Shown here: positions 27,002-38,541 of the stretch, piece by piece
How the letters are laid out: every line of letters starts with the position of its first letter
Numbering within the stretch: the first letter of the stretch is position 1
NCBI GenBank assembly: GCA_002898535.1
Contig: BEHN01000001.1
Span: forward strand, 261,564 to 325,563
Direction of reading: 5' to 3'
From: a bacterium HR11
GTDB lineage: Bacteria; Acidobacteriota; HRBIN11
DNA length: 64,000 bases
The notes under the pieces: model-generated
Database searches by the model: none
What the model was told of the DNA's origin: nothing
What the model saw: only the letters and a program-made list of their open reading frames with translations
Translations under genes and position numbers: made by a program

Positions 27002-28006
27002 ATGGCCAAAGTTTACTACGACGCGGACGCCGACCTGGGCCTGCTTCGAGATAAAAAGGTCGCCGTCATCGGTTTCGGCTCCCAGGGCCACGCCCATGCC
27101 CTCAACCTGAAGGACTCGGGCGTCGACGTGACGGTCGGACTGTACCCGGGCTCTCCTTCCTGGTCGAGGGCCCAGGCCGCCGGCCTGCGGGTCGTCTCGG
27201 TCGCCGAGGCCGTCCAGCGGGCCGACATCGTCATGCTGTTGGTCCCGGACCCCGTCCAGCCCCAGGTGTACCGGGAGAGCATCGGCCCCCATCTTCGGCC
27301 GGGTCAACTCCTGATGTTCGCCCACGGGTTCAACATCCATTTTCGTCAGATCGTCCCCCCGCCGGAGGTGGACGTGACGATGGTCGCCCCGAAGGCCCCG
27401 GGGCATCGGATGCGGGAACTCTTCACGCAGGGCATCGGGGTCCCGGCCCTCCTGGCCGTCCATCAGGACGCCACCGAGCGGGCCAAGCCCCTGACGCTGG
27501 CTTACGCCAAGGGCATCGGCTGTACGCGGGCCGGCGTCATCGAGACGACCTTCGCCGAGGAGACGGAGACGGACCTCTTTGGCGAGCAGGCCGTCCTGTG
27601 CGGGGGCGTGACGGCCCTCATCCAGGCGGCCTTCGAGACGCTGGTCGAGGCGGGCTATCAGCCCGAGATCGCCTACTTCGAGTGTCTCCACGAGCTGAAG
27701 CTCATCGTGGACCTCATGTACGAAGGCGGGATGTCCTACATGCGGTATTCGGTCTCCGACACGGCCGAGTACGGCGACTACACGCGGGGACCGCGCGTGA
27801 TCGACGACCACGTGCGCCGGACCCTGCGGGAGATCCTGCGGGAGGTCCAGACGGGCGTCTTTGCCCGGGAGTGGATCCTGGAGAACCAGGCCGGTCGGCC
27901 CGTCTTCGAGACCCTGCGACGCCGGCAGGCTCAGCATCCCATCGAGGAGGTCGGCCGGCGCCTGCGGGCCATGATGCCCTGGCTCAAGGGCGGGCCGACT
28001 CGTTAA
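27002..28006 (+). CDS. ilvC: Ketol-acid reductoisomerase
   Basis: 334 aa; [21 protein letters not shown] and the remainder are colinear with class I KARI. Confidence 0.95.
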   Translation: MAKVYYDADADLGLLRDKKVAVIGFGSQGHAHALNLKDSGVDVTVGLYPGSPSWSRAQAAGLRVVSVAEAVQRADIVMLLVPDPVQPQVYRESIGPHLRPGQLLMFAHGFNIHFRQIVPPPEVDVTMVAPKAPGHRMRELFTQGIGVPALLAVHQDATERAKPLTLAYAKGIGCTRAGVIETTFAEETETDLFGEQAVLCGGVTALIQAAFETLVEAGYQPEIAYFECLHELKLIVDLMYEGGMSYMRYSVSDTAEYGDYTRGPRVIDDHVRRTLREILREVQTGVFAREWILENQAGRPVFETLRRRQAQHPIEEVGRRLRAMMPWLKGGPTR

Positions 28007-28097
28007 CAAGGCCGTGTCGGGCGTTAAGGAACCCCGACTCTGGCCTTAGGACCGACCTGCCCACCTGCCGAATTGCCGAAAATAAGGAGGTCTTGCG

Positions 28098-29801
28098 ATG
28101 GAAAGGGTCTGGATTTTGGACACGACGCTTCGGGACGGGGAGCAGTCCCCGGGCGTCGCCTTGAACGCCGATCAAAAGCTGGAGATCGCCCGCGCCTTGG
28201 CGGCCCTGCGAGTCGACGTCATCGAGGCCGGATTCCCCGCCTCCTCGCCGGGCGACTTTCAAGCCGTCCGCCGTATCGCCCGGGAGGTGCGGGGTTGCGT
28301 CATCGCCGGGCTGGCGCGGGCGGTGCCGAACGATGTGGATGCTTGCTGGGAGGCCCTGCGGCCGGCCGAGTCTCCCCGCATCCACATCTTCATCTCCAGC
28401 TCGGACATCCATATTATGCACCAACTGGAAAAGAGCCGGGAAGAGGTCCTCGAGATGGCGCGGGCGATGGTCGCCCGGGCCCGGAGGTACTGCCCGGACG
28501 TCGAGTTCTCCCCGATGGACGCCACCCGGTCGGACCGGCGGTTCGTCTACCAGATGTTAGAAGCCGTGATCGACGCCGGGGCGACGGTCGTCAACATCCC
28601 CGACACGGTCGGCTACGCCATCCCGGAGGAGTTCGCCGACTTCATCCGGAGCATCCGGGAGAACGTCCCCAACATCGACCGGGCGGTCATCTCCGTGCAC
28701 TGCCACGACGACCTGGGCTTGGCCGTCGCCAACAGCCTGGCCGCCATCCGGGCCGGTGCCCGGCAGGTCGAGGGGTGCATCAACGGCATCGGCGAACGGG
28801 CCGGCAATGCGGCCCTCGAGGAAATCATCATGGCCCTTCGCACACGGCGGGACTTCTTCGGGGTCGAGGTCGGCGTCGACACGACCCAAATCTATCGGGT
28901 CAGCCAGCTCGTGTCCCGGCTCACGGGCATGCCCGTCCAGCCGAACAAGGCCATCGTGGGCGTCAACGCCTTCCGGCACCAGTCGGGCGTCCACCAGCAC
29001 GGCGTCGTCAAGCTCCGGGAGACCTACGAGATCATCGACCCCCGGGACATCGGCCTCCCCCGGGGCGGGATCATCGTCCTCAACAAGAATTCCGGCCGGG
29101 CCGGCTTGCAGGCCCGGCTCAAGGAGTTGGGCTACACGCTAAGCGAAGAGGAGATGGACCGGGTCTTCCGGGCCTTCAAAGAGCTGGCCGACCGAAAGGG
29201 CGAGGTCCACGACGCCGACCTCGTCGCCCTCATGGCGGCCGAACGGACCCCGGCCCGGGAGACTTTCCAACTGGACCTCCTGCAGGTCTCCTGTGCCAAC
29301 GGGACGCCGACGGTCACGGTCCGGCTCGTCGGGTCGGGCGGCCGGGTCGTCGAGACGACCGTCACGGGGACGGCGCCTCCGGAGTCGTCTTACCGGACGA
29401 TGGGCGACCTGGTCGGCACGTCCCACCGCCTGGTCGAGTCCTATCAGGTCCGGACCGTGCCCCAGCCGACCGACGATGCGCCCTGTGCCGTGACGGTCTG
29501 GATCGACGTGAACGGATACAGCTTCATCGGCCGTGGCGCCGACCCCGACGTCATCGTGGCCGCCTCCCGGGCTTTGCAGGACGCTCTCGGCCAGTTTCTG
29601 ACGCGGGGCGTCCCCTCGGCGACGCACCGGCCCGGTGAGGTCATGGTCCGCATCGACGTCGATGGCCGTCAGCTGGTCGGTCGGGCCCGCAATACGGATG
29701 TCATCGTGGCCTCGGCCCGGGCCTTGATGGACGCCCTCCAGGGCGTCCTGGTAGCGGGCGTGGCCGCCGAGGAGACCGTGCCCCTCGTCTCCGGCCGGTG
29801 A
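28098..29801 (+). CDS. leuA: 2-isopropylmalate synthase (with C-terminal LeuA dimerisation/regulatory domain)
   Basis: 567 aa with a DRE-TIM barrel ([15 protein letters not shown]), HxH metal site ([10 protein letters not shown]) and a LeuA_dimer region. Confidence 0.9.
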   Translation: MERVWILDTTLRDGEQSPGVALNADQKLEIARALAALRVDVIEAGFPASSPGDFQAVRRIAREVRGCVIAGLARAVPNDVDACWEALRPAESPRIHIFISSSDIHIMHQLEKSREEVLEMARAMVARARRYCPDVEFSPMDATRSDRRFVYQMLEAVIDAGATVVNIPDTVGYAIPEEFADFIRSIRENVPNIDRAVISVHCHDDLGLAVANSLAAIRAGARQVEGCINGIGERAGNAALEEIIMALRTRRDFFGVEVGVDTTQIYRVSQLVSRLTGMPVQPNKAIVGVNAFRHQSGVHQHGVVKLRETYEIIDPRDIGLPRGGIIVLNKNSGRAGLQARLKELGYTLSEEEMDRVFRAFKELADRKGEVHDADLVALMAAERTPARETFQLDLLQVSCANGTPTVTVRLVGSGGRVVETTVTGTAPPESSYRTMGDLVGTSHRLVESYQVRTVPQPTDDAPCAVTVWIDVNGYSFIGRGADPDVIVAASRALQDALGQFLTRGVPSATHRPGEVMVRIDVDGRQLVGRARNTDVIVASARALMDALQGVLVAGVAAEETVPLVSGR

Positions 29802-29883
29802 AGGCGGGACATGCTCCAGATCGGCGTTCCACGGGATCGCTCGCCCGTCGACCCCTATCGAGTGGCCTGAGGAGGAACCCCGG

Positions 29884-31293
29884 ATGCCGCCGAAGACGCT
29901 CCTGGAAAAAGTGTGGGAGGCCCACGTCGTCGACGAGGCCGACGGCCGGGCTCTTCTCTATGTGGACCTTCACCTCGTCCACGAAGTCACCTCGCCCCAG
30001 GCGTTCGAGGGCCTCCGCCTGGCCGGCCGCCGGGTCCGCCGCCCCGACCTGACGGTGGCGACGGCCGACCACAACGTGCCGACGGAGGCCCGACCGGTGC
30101 CGATCGCGGACGCCGTCGCCCGACGCCAGGTCGAAGCCCTGCGGGCGAACTGTGAGGCCTTTGGGATTACCTACTTTGGACTCGAGTCCGACCGTCAGGG
30201 AATCGTCCACGTCATCGGCCCCGAGCTGGGCCTGACCCAGCCCGGCATGGTCATCGTGTGCGGCGACTCCCACACGTCGACCCACGGGGCCTTCGGGGCC
30301 CTGGCCTTCGGCATCGGGACGTCGGACGTCGAGCACGTCCTGGCGACCCAGTGCATCTGGATGAACAAGCCTAAAACGATGGAGATTCGCGTCGAGGGCT
30401 CGCTCCCCCGGGGCGTCACGGCCAAGGACCTGATCCTGGGCATCATCGGCCGGATCGGCGTCGACGGCGCCGTCGGCCACGTCGTCGAGTACACCGGTCC
30501 GGCCATCCGGGCCCTCTCGATGGAGGGCCGGATGACCGTCTGCAACATGTCCATCGAGGCCGGCGCCCGGGCCGGGATGGTCGCCCCCGACGACACGACC
30601 TTCGCCTACCTCGAGGGCCGTCCCTTCGCCCCTCGGGGCCGGGACTGGGAACGGGCTCTCGCCTACTGGCAGAGCCTGCCGACGGACCCCGGCGCCGTCT
30701 ACGATAAGACCGTCGTCATCGACGCCTCCACGATGGAGCCTTACGTGACCTGGGGGACTCGACCCGACCAGGTCGCCCCCGTCACGGGCCGGGTGCCCGA
30801 CCCGGCCTCCTTGGCCCGACCCGAGGACCGGGCGGCGGCCGAACGGGCCCTCCAGTACATGGGCTTAGAGCCGGGGACGCCGATTCAGGAAATCTGGGTC
30901 GACCGGGTCTTCATCGGGTCGTGCACGAACGCCCGCATCGAGGACCTCCGGGCGGCGGCCGCCGTCGTACGGGGCCGGCGGGTCCACCCCCGGGTCCGGG
31001 CGATGGTCGTGCCCGGTTCGACCCAGGTCAAGCGCCAGGCCGAAGCCGAAGGCCTCGACCGGGTCTTCAAGGAGGCCGGCTTCGAGTGGCGGGAGTCGGG
31101 GTGTTCGATGTGCCTCGGCATGAACCCCGACATCCTGCGACCCGGCGAGCGGTGCGCCTCGACGTCCAACCGCAACTTCGAGGGCCGGCAGGGCCCCGGG
31201 GGACGGACCCACCTGGTCAGCCCGCTGATGGCGGCGGCCGCCGCCATCGCCGGCCGATTCGTCGATATCCGGACCTGGGACTGGGACGAGTAA
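29884..31293 (+). CDS. leuC: 3-isopropylmalate dehydratase large subunit
   Basis: 469 aa of the aconitase family with cluster-ligand cysteines in the CGDSHT ... [11 protein letters not shown] ... [11 protein letters not shown] context. Confidence 0.95.
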   Translation: MPPKTLLEKVWEAHVVDEADGRALLYVDLHLVHEVTSPQAFEGLRLAGRRVRRPDLTVATADHNVPTEARPVPIADAVARRQVEALRANCEAFGITYFGLESDRQGIVHVIGPELGLTQPGMVIVCGDSHTSTHGAFGALAFGIGTSDVEHVLATQCIWMNKPKTMEIRVEGSLPRGVTAKDLILGIIGRIGVDGAVGHVVEYTGPAIRALSMEGRMTVCNMSIEAGARAGMVAPDDTTFAYLEGRPFAPRGRDWERALAYWQSLPTDPGAVYDKTVVIDASTMEPYVTWGTRPDQVAPVTGRVPDPASLARPEDRAAAERALQYMGLEPGTPIQEIWVDRVFIGSCTNARIEDLRAAAAVVRGRRVHPRVRAMVVPGSTQVKRQAEAEGLDRVFKEAGFEWRESGCSMCLGMNPDILRPGERCASTSNRNFEGRQGPGGRTHLVSPLMAAAAAIAGRFVDIRTWDWDE

Positions 31294-31410
31294 GTCCCGG
31301 GCCCCAGAAACATGCGAACTGCGGATCGGGTAGATTCATCATCCAATCTTGCATCCGACCCAACACCCCGCACCGGACACCCGACCCTGAAGACCGAGGA
31401 GGTCAGGCCG

Positions 31411-32025
31411 ATGGAACCGTTCCGGCGCCACACCGGAATCGTCGCCCCCTTAGACCGGACGCACGTCGACACGGACCAGATCATGCCCAAGCAGTTCCTG
31501 AAGCGCATCGAGCGGACCGGCTACGGGGCCTTCCTGTTCTTCCACTGGCGCTACCGGCCCGACGGCCAGCCGGACCCGACGTTCGAGCTGAACCGACCCG
31601 AATATCAGGGCGCTACCATCCTGGCGACGGGCCGCAACTTCGGATGCGGTTCCTCCCGGGAGCATGCCGTATGGGGCCTGAAAGACTACGGCTTTCGGGT
31701 CATCATCGCTCCGTCGTTTGCCGACATCTTCTTTCACAACTGCATTCAGAACGGCCTCCTGCCGGCGGTCGTGACGGAGGAGGCCGCCCGGGCCATCATC
31801 GACCGGGCCCGGACCCGGCCCGGATGGCGGCTGACGGTCGACTTAGAGCGTCAGGTCCTCTCTGACGAGGCTGACCTGCGCATCGAATTCCACATCGACC
31901 CCCAGGCCCGGGAACGGCTCCTGAACGGGTGGGACGACATCGACCTGACCCTCCTCCGGGAGGACCGCATCCGGGCTTACGAGCGACGACGACCCAAGTG
32001 GCTCCCCCGTGTCAGTCAGCAATAA
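31411..32025 (+). CDS. leuD: 3-isopropylmalate dehydratase small subunit
   Basis: The ATG at 31411 is preceded by gaggaggtc. It reads MEPFRRHTGIVAPLDRTHVDTDQIMPKQFL ... GCGSSREHA (aconitase swivel domain). The upstream part of the listed ORF is probably untranslated. Confidence 0.9.
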   Translation: MEPFRRHTGIVAPLDRTHVDTDQIMPKQFLKRIERTGYGAFLFFHWRYRPDGQPDPTFELNRPEYQGATILATGRNFGCGSSREHAVWGLKDYGFRVIIAPSFADIFFHNCIQNGLLPAVVTEEAARAIIDRARTRPGWRLTVDLERQVLSDEADLRIEFHIDPQARERLLNGWDDIDLTLLREDRIRAYERRRPKWLPRVSQQ

Positions 32026-32063
32026 TAAGCCATCTCATATAAAGGTGCCTGGAAGCGCTCGCA

Positions 32064-32206
32064 TCCATCCGACCATAGACCATAGACCACAGACCACGGA
32101 CCATAGACCGGCTTGGGCCCAGGAGCTCCATGGTCCATGGTCTATGGTCTATGGGCTGTGGTCGGATATCGAAGGTCCGATCCCGGTCCCGTCGGATTTA
32201 TGAGAT
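32064..32206. repeat. Repeat family B copy (terminus gtcggatttatgag)
   Basis: ccgaccatagaccatagaccacagaccacggaccatagacc ... ggtccatggtctatggtctatgggctgtggtcggat ... cgtcggatttatgagattgg. Confidence 0.7.
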
Positions 32207-32420
32207 TGGTTTTAGGCAGATGGGCCGATAGGCAGTCGGCGATTGGAAGTGCGAGGCGCGGAAAGATTGCGAATTGCGAATTTCAGATGGCGAATTCGCG
32301 ATCCGCCATTCGTATTCCGAAGTCCCTCAGTCCCTGACGTCCGATACCCATTCTGCATCCTGTATCCTGACTCATGACCTATTTCGTGCATCCTACAAGC
32401 TCACGCCAGGAGGGCTCACG

Positions 32421-33242
32421 ATGTTCCAAGACAAGCGCATCGCCGTCATCGGCGTCGGCAAGATCGGCGGTGCCCTCATCGCCGGCCTGCTCCAGAGCGG
32501 CATGGTCCGGCGGGAGGCCATCGCCGGGAGTACGGGCCACGCGGAGACGGCCCGTCGAGCGGCCCAGACTTACGAGATCCCTGTCCTGACCGATAACCGG
32601 GCCCTGGTTCGGGACCGAGACATCATCATCCTGGCCGTCAAACCCCAGACCATTCGAAAAGTCGTCGCCGAGGTCCGGGACCTGATCACGCCGGACCAGC
32701 TGGTCGTCACCCTGGCGGCCGCCACGCCGACGGCCCGGATCGAGGAGGTCTTGGAACGGCCCGTCCCGGTCGTGCGGGCGATGCCCAACATGCCCTGCCT
32801 CGTACAGAAGGGGATGACCGTCCTGTGCCCGGGCCGTTATGCGCAAGAGGCCCACGTCCAAATGGCCTGCGCCCTCTTTCAGCCCCTGGGCCGGGTCGAG
32901 GTCATCGACTCCGAGGACCTGATGGACGCCGTGACGGCCCTCTCGGGAAGCGGGCCGGCCTATGCTTACATCATCATCGAGTCGCTGGCCGAGGGCGGCG
33001 TCAAGGTCGGCCTCCCCCGGGACCTGGCGACGACCCTGGCGGCCCAGTCTCTCCTGGGCGCGGCGGCCATGGTCCTGGAGACCCGGGAGCACCCGGCCCG
33101 CCTGAAAGACGAGGTGACGACCCCGGCCGGCGTGACCATCGACGGCATCATGGAACTCGAAGACGGAGGCCTGCGTGTGACCCTCATCAAGGCCGTCGAC
33201 CGGGCGACCCGGAAGTCCAAGGAGCTGTCCCGCGCCCATTGA
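32421..33242 (+). CDS. proC: Pyrroline-5-carboxylate reductase
   Basis: The ATG at 32421 reads MFQDKRIAVIGVGKIGGALIAGL (Rossmann motif), followed by the P5CR dimerisation domain (LSGSGPAYAYIIIESLAEGGVKVGLPRDLA). Confidence 0.9.
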   Translation: MFQDKRIAVIGVGKIGGALIAGLLQSGMVRREAIAGSTGHAETARRAAQTYEIPVLTDNRALVRDRDIIILAVKPQTIRKVVAEVRDLITPDQLVVTLAAATPTARIEEVLERPVPVVRAMPNMPCLVQKGMTVLCPGRYAQEAHVQMACALFQPLGRVEVIDSEDLMDAVTALSGSGPAYAYIIIESLAEGGVKVGLPRDLATTLAAQSLLGAAAMVLETREHPARLKDEVTTPAGVTIDGIMELEDGGLRVTLIKAVDRATRKSKELSRAH

Positions 33243-33357
33243 GTAGGGCCCAGGGCAAATGCCCTGATTCTATGCTCCGTGCGCTGTACCTTTTGCGCTT
33301 TGCTCTGGGCCTTCTTCATCTCTCCCCTCCAACCGGTGATGGGTTCGGGGCGCCCAC

Positions 33358-33392
33358 CCTTGACAGGCCTGGGGTGAAAACTTATTTTTGAG
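33358..33392 (+). promoter_or_regulatory. Candidate sigma-70-like promoter (TTGACA-N17-TATTTT)
   Basis: cccTTGACAggcctggggtgaaaactTATTTTtg lies between proC and gltB. A short SD-preceded ORF follows (MECADRRRVHG...), and the AT-rich tract at 33600-33660 is a probable UP/promoter region for gltB. Confidence 0.3.
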
Positions 33393-33737
33393 GCGGTACC
33401 CGATATTCCCCTCAAGGGAGGCCCAGCATGGAATGTGCAGACCGCCGTCGGGTCCATGGCTTCTCTGGAATTGCTTCCTCTTCGGTTTTCCCCCGCTCGC
33501 CGTCCCCGCGAGTTTTGGTCCTGCGTCGGATCCTGCATAGGCCGGTCCGGGCCGCCCGGTAAGCCGGCACTCCATCGCCGCACGCGTCCCTGCGGAGCTC
33601 ATGGCGCAGGTTTGATCGCGTCGAAATTTTTGGAGTTTTAATTCTTTATTTATATTTTATAAAGCCGGGAAGCGGTACGACCCGGCCATCCAACACTGAA
33701 CTCTGCCCGCCCCGCTCCACGACTTCGGGAGGTACAG

Positions 33738-36700
33738 GTGATGGGGACGCCGGTTCGACGCCCAACTCCCTTGTACGATCCCCGGCACGAGCAAGACGCC
33801 TGCGGCGTCGGCCTCATCGTCCGCCTGGACGGTCAAAAGACCCACGCGGTCGTCCGGACGGCCATCGAGGCCGTCGTCCGCTTGAGCCATCGGGGTGCCC
33901 TCGACGCCGACGCCCGGACGGGTGACGGCGCCGGTATCCTGGTCCGTCTGCCCCGACCCTTCTTCGCTCGGGAAGCGGTCCGGTTAGGTCTCCACATCTC
34001 ATCTCTCCATCAGCTCGCCGTGGCGATGGTCTTCCTGCCGTCCGACCCGGCGGCCGCCGCCGAGGCCCGGCGGGTCTTCACGCGCGCCTTCGCCGACCGG
34101 CAACTTCAAGTCCTGGGCTGGCGCCCCGTCCCCGTCTGCCCCGATGTCCTGGGCGACCGGGCCCGCCGGGATTGTCCGACGATCGAACAGGCCCTGATCG
34201 TCCCGGCGACGGACCTCACGGGCGTGGACTACGAGCGGCGTCTGTACTTAGCCCGGAAGACGGCCGAGGCCCGCTGGCGGGCTGGGTCCATCGATGGGGC
34301 CTACGTCGTCTCATGCTCCCACCGGACGCTGGTCTACAAGGGCCTGCTGGCCGCCAAGCAGTTGGCGGCCTTCTACCCGGACCTGTCCGACCCGGACTTC
34401 GCTTCGGACTTTGCGATCTTCCATCAGCGCTATAGCACGAACACCCTCCCGAGCTGGCCCCTGGCCCAGCCCTTCCGATTTCTCGCCCACAACGGTGAGA
34501 TCAATACGTTGACCGGAAACGTCCTCTGGATGCAGGCGCGGGAGGCGGACCTGACGGCCTCCGTGTGGGGGTCCGACGGAGACGTCCTTCGGCCCGTCGT
34601 CGTGCCGGGCGGAAGCGATTCGGCGATGCTCGACAACGTCCTCGAACTCCTGGTCCTCTCGGGACGGAACGTCCTGCACGCGATTCGACTCCTGATCCCC
34701 GAGGCGTGGGAGCACCGGCGGGACCTGCCGCCTGAGTGGCGGGCCTTCTATGACTTTCATGCCGGCGTGATGGAGCCCTGGGACGGGCCGGCCGCCATCG
34801 CCTTCACGGACGGACGCTACGTGGGTGCCGTCCTGGACCGGAACGGCCTGCGGCCCCTGCGGTATCAGGTCCTGCGGGACGGCTGGCTCATCGCCGCCTC
34901 CGAGGCCGGCGTCATCGACGTGCCGCCCGAGCGGGTCCTCCACCGAGGCCGCCTGGGCCCCGGCGACATCATCGCCGTCGATACGGCGACGGGGGCCCTC
35001 TTGCAGAAGGCCGAGATCATGGACCGACTCACGGCGGCGCGGCCTTACGCGCATTGGGTCCGGCGGCGCTTCCGCTTTCAGCCGGGCCGACCTCCCCAGA
35101 CCTTCGGTCCGGTGCCCGAGCCCTTGACCCGGTGGCAACGGGCCTTCGGGTGGACCCACGAAGACGTCCGGATGGTCGTCCAGGCCATGGCCGAGCAGGG
35201 GCAGGACCTGGTCTGGTCGATGGGCGACGACACGCCCCTGGCGGTCCTGTCGAGCCGTCGGCGGCCCCTGACGTTCTACTTCAAGCAACGCTTTGCCCAG
35301 GTCACGAACCCGCCCATCGATCCCCTGCGGGAAACGCTCGTCATGTCCCTGGACGTCTACCTGGGTCCCCGACCGAACTTCCTCGAGGAGTCCCTCGACC
35401 ACGTCCGGGCCGTCCACCTGACGAGTCCCATCTTATCCGAGGCCGACCTGGCGGCCTTGCTCCGGTCGGCGCCCCTGCGCTACCGGACCCTGGGATGTCA
35501 CTTCCCGGCCGACGACCCGGCGCGTCTGGCCCCGGCCCTGGCGGCCCTCCTTCAGGAAGCCGAAAAGGCCGTCGACGACGGCGCCGAGCTCCTCGTCTTG
35601 ACCGACCGATGCATCGGACCCGACCGGGCGCCGATCCCCATGCTCCTGGCCGTCTCGGCCGTACACCATCACCTCATCCGGCGGGGCAAGCGGCTTCAGA
35701 CCGACATCGTCGTCGAGACGGGTGCCGTGTGGGACATCCACCATGCGGCCCTCCTGATCGGCTTTGGGGCCAGTGCCGTCTGCCCCTACCTGCTGTTTGC
35801 GACGGCCCGCCACTTAGCGACCCACGAACGGAACCTGGGCGGACTTTCACCGGAAGAGGCCGTCGAGCGTTGCCGTCGGGCCTTGGAGAAGGGCCTCCTC
35901 AAGATCATGGCCAAGATGGGGATCTCGGCTCTCCGGTCCTATCGGGGCGCGCAGGTCTTTGAGATCCTGGGCCTTGCCCACGAGGTCGTCGAGCGCTACT
36001 TTCCCCACACGCCGGCCCGCCTGGGCGGCGTCGGCCTGGAGGACATCGCCGAAGACGTCCTGGCGTGGCACCGGGCGGCTTTTCAGGAATCACCGGAATC
36101 GGATCGGCTTCCCGACATCGGCTACATCCGGTACCGGGGGGACGGGGAGTTCCACGGCTTCCATCCCGAGATGGTGCGGGCTCTCCACCGGGCCGTCGAG
36201 ACGGGCGATTGGGAAGACTACGAGCGCTACCTGGAGGTCCTTCGCAAGGCTCCGCCCCATACCCTGCGGGACCTCCTGGAGGTCGTCTCCGACCGCCCGC
36301 CGGTCCCCCTCGAGGAGGTCGAGCCGGCCGAGGCGATCATCCGTCGACACTTCGTCGTCTCGGGCATGTCCCTGGGTGCCCTCTCGTGGGCGGCCCACCG
36401 GACCTTGGCCATCGCCATGAACCGACTGGGAGCCCGGAGCAATTGCGGAGAGGGCGGCGAAGACCCGGCCTGGTATCGACCCCACCCGGGCGGCGACCGG
36501 GCCGACCATCGAGTCAAGCAGGTCGCCTCGGGCCGCTTCGGCGTGACGACCGAGTACCTTGTCCGGGCCGACGAGCTCGAGATCAAGATCGCCCAGGGGT
36601 CCAAGCCGGGCGAGGGCGGTCAGCTCCCGGGCCTCAAGGTCAGCGCCTTCATCGCCCGCATCCGGCACACCGTCCCGGGCGTCGCCCTGATCTCACCGCC

Positions 36701-38264
36701 GCCCCATCACGACATTTACAGCATCGAGGACCTGGCTCAGCTCATTTACGACCTCAAGGCGGTGAACCCCCGTGCCCGGGTCGGCGTCAAGCTCGTCGCC
36801 GAAAGCGGCGTCGGGACCATCGCCGCCGGCGTCGCCAAGGCCTATGCCGACTACGTCCAGGTCGGGGGGATGGAGGGCGGGACGGGCGCTTCGCCCCTGT
36901 CGTCCATCAAGAACGCCGGCTGTCCCTGGGAACTGGGCCTGGCCGAGACCCAGCAGGCTCTCATCCGGAACGGCCTCCGGGGTCGGGTCCGTGTGCGGGT
37001 CGACGGCGGGTTCAAGACAGGCCGAGACGTCATCGTGGCGGCCCTCCTCGGGGCCGAGGAGTTCGGATTCGGAACGGCCGCCCTCCTGGCGATGGGTTGC
37101 AAGATGGCCCGCCAGTGCCACCTGAACACGTGCCCGACGGGGATCGCCACCCAACGGGAGGACCTGATCCGGGAGCGCTTCCGGGGAACGCCCGAGGGCG
37201 TCATCCGGTTCTTTACCTTCATCGCCGAGGAAGTCCGGCGATGGCTGGCCGCCCTGGGCTACCGGCGGCTGGAAGAGGTCGTCGGCCGCGTCGACCTGCT
37301 TCGCCCCCGGGCCCAGGTCGACCATCCCCGGGCGGCGAAGCTGGACCTGACGCCGCTCCTGGCCGACGGGGCCGCTGAAGACTCCGAACCCCGCCGGTGC
37401 GTCCAGGACCGGAACGACCCGCCCCATCCGGTCTTCGACGACCGCGTCCTGGCGGTCATTCGGCCGGCCCTCGAGAAGGGCGAGCCGGTCGTCTATGAGG
37501 GTTCGGTCCGGAATTCAGACCTGACCGTCGGGGCCCGCATCGCTGGTGAGATCGTCCGGCGCCACGGCCTCCGGGGCCTGCCACCACGAACTGTCGAACT
37601 TCGGCTCCGGGGCGCGGCCGGCCAGAGCTTCGGGGCCTTCTGCGTCGAGGGCCTTCGGCTGGTCTTAGAGGGCGAGGCTAACGATTACGTCGGCAAGGGC
37701 ATGAGCGGCGGCGAGATCGTCATCCGGCCCCCCTCGAATGCGACCTTCCGGCCGGAAGAAAACGTCATCGTGGGGAACACGGTCCTCTACGGCGCCACAG
37801 GCGGCCGGGTCTTCATCGCCGGTCGGGCCGGCGAGCGGTTCGCCGTCCGCAACAGCGGGGCCGTCGCCGTCGTCGAGGGCGTCGGCGACCATGCCTGCGA
37901 GTACATGACCCAGGGTTGCGTCGTCGTCCTGGGGCCGACGGGATGGAACTTCGGGGCCGGCATGAGCCACGGCCGGGCCTATGTCTACGACCCGGCCGGC
38001 GAGTTTCCCGAACGGTGCCATGCCGAATGGGTCGTCGCCCGGCGACTGGAGCTCGACCGGGCCGAGGAGCTCCGAAGCCTCCTCCAGGACCACTGGGCGG
38101 CGACGGGAAGCCCCCGGGCGGCGGCCCTGTTGGCCGCATGGCCGGCCTGCGTCGGCGACTTCTGGGTCGTCGAGCCGAAGGCGGCCCCGGCTGTCGCTCC
38201 ACCGCCGGAGACGACCCAGCAAGCCGAACCCGTCCCCGTCCGCGTCCGCCGGCCGCAGAATTAG
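33738..38264 (+). CDS. gltB: Glutamate synthase large subunit (GOGAT alpha chain)
   Basis: 1508 aa with an N-terminal Ntn amidotransferase Cys (CGVGLIV), the central FMN/3Fe-4S domain and a C-terminal GXGXG domain. No gltD-like small subunit is adjacent. Confidence 0.95.
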   Translation: MMGTPVRRPTPLYDPRHEQDACGVGLIVRLDGQKTHAVVRTAIEAVVRLSHRGALDADARTGDGAGILVRLPRPFFAREAVRLGLHISSLHQLAVAMVFLPSDPAAAAEARRVFTRAFADRQLQVLGWRPVPVCPDVLGDRARRDCPTIEQALIVPATDLTGVDYERRLYLARKTAEARWRAGSIDGAYVVSCSHRTLVYKGLLAAKQLAAFYPDLSDPDFASDFAIFHQRYSTNTLPSWPLAQPFRFLAHNGEINTLTGNVLWMQAREADLTASVWGSDGDVLRPVVVPGGSDSAMLDNVLELLVLSGRNVLHAIRLLIPEAWEHRRDLPPEWRAFYDFHAGVMEPWDGPAAIAFTDGRYVGAVLDRNGLRPLRYQVLRDGWLIAASEAGVIDVPPERVLHRGRLGPGDIIAVDTATGALLQKAEIMDRLTAARPYAHWVRRRFRFQPGRPPQTFGPVPEPLTRWQRAFGWTHEDVRMVVQAMAEQGQDLVWSMGDDTPLAVLSSRRRPLTFYFKQRFAQVTNPPIDPLRETLVMSLDVYLGPRPNFLEESLDHVRAVHLTSPILSEADLAALLRSAPLRYRTLGCHFPADDPARLAPALAALLQEAEKAVDDGAELLVLTDRCIGPDRAPIPMLLAVSAVHHHLIRRGKRLQTDIVVETGAVWDIHHAALLIGFGASAVCPYLLFATARHLATHERNLGGLSPEEAVERCRRALEKGLLKIMAKMGISALRSYRGAQVFEILGLAHEVVERYFPHTPARLGGVGLEDIAEDVLAWHRAAFQESPESDRLPDIGYIRYRGDGEFHGFHPEMVRALHRAVETGDWEDYERYLEVLRKAPPHTLRDLLEVVSDRPPVPLEEVEPAEAIIRRHFVVSGMSLGALSWAAHRTLAIAMNRLGARSNCGEGGEDPAWYRPHPGGDRADHRVKQVASGRFGVTTEYLVRADELEIKIAQGSKPGEGGQLPGLKVSAFIARIRHTVPGVALISPPPHHDIYSIEDLAQLIYDLKAVNPRARVGVKLVAESGVGTIAAGVAKAYADYVQVGGMEGGTGASPLSSIKNAGCPWELGLAETQQALIRNGLRGRVRVRVDGGFKTGRDVIVAALLGAEEFGFGTAALLAMGCKMARQCHLNTCPTGIATQREDLIRERFRGTPEGVIRFFTFIAEEVRRWLAALGYRRLEEVVGRVDLLRPRAQVDHPRAAKLDLTPLLADGAAEDSEPRRCVQDRNDPPHPVFDDRVLAVIRPALEKGEPVVYEGSVRNSDLTVGARIAGEIVRRHGLRGLPPRTVELRLRGAAGQSFGAFCVEGLRLVLEGEANDYVGKGMSGGEIVIRPPSNATFRPEENVIVGNTVLYGATGGRVFIAGRAGERFAVRNSGAVAVVEGVGDHACEYMTQGCVVVLGPTGWNFGAGMSHGRAYVYDPAGEFPERCHAEWVVARRLELDRAEELRSLLQDHWAATGSPRAAALLAAWPACVGDFWVVEPKAAPAVAPPPETTQQAEPVPVRVRRPQN

Positions 38265-38541
38265 ACCGACGGCTTCGAGGGCAAAGATATCCGAATATGG
38301 CATGGGCGGCTGGACGTTTAAAGACTTGTGGTTTATCAACGATCCGGAGCTTCAGGGGGCCCTACGATGTCAGTGCAAGCGAGGTCATCACTTTCCAGAC
38401 GATTTCCGTCCCTCCGGGTCCCAACGTCGACCTGGCAGAGGGCGGTAATTTTTCGCTGAACGGATGACAGGACAATGGGGACCGTACTTGGGGAGAAGTC
38501 GTCGCCGAGAGCCGGACGGACCGGGAGGCCTTGGGACTTTG

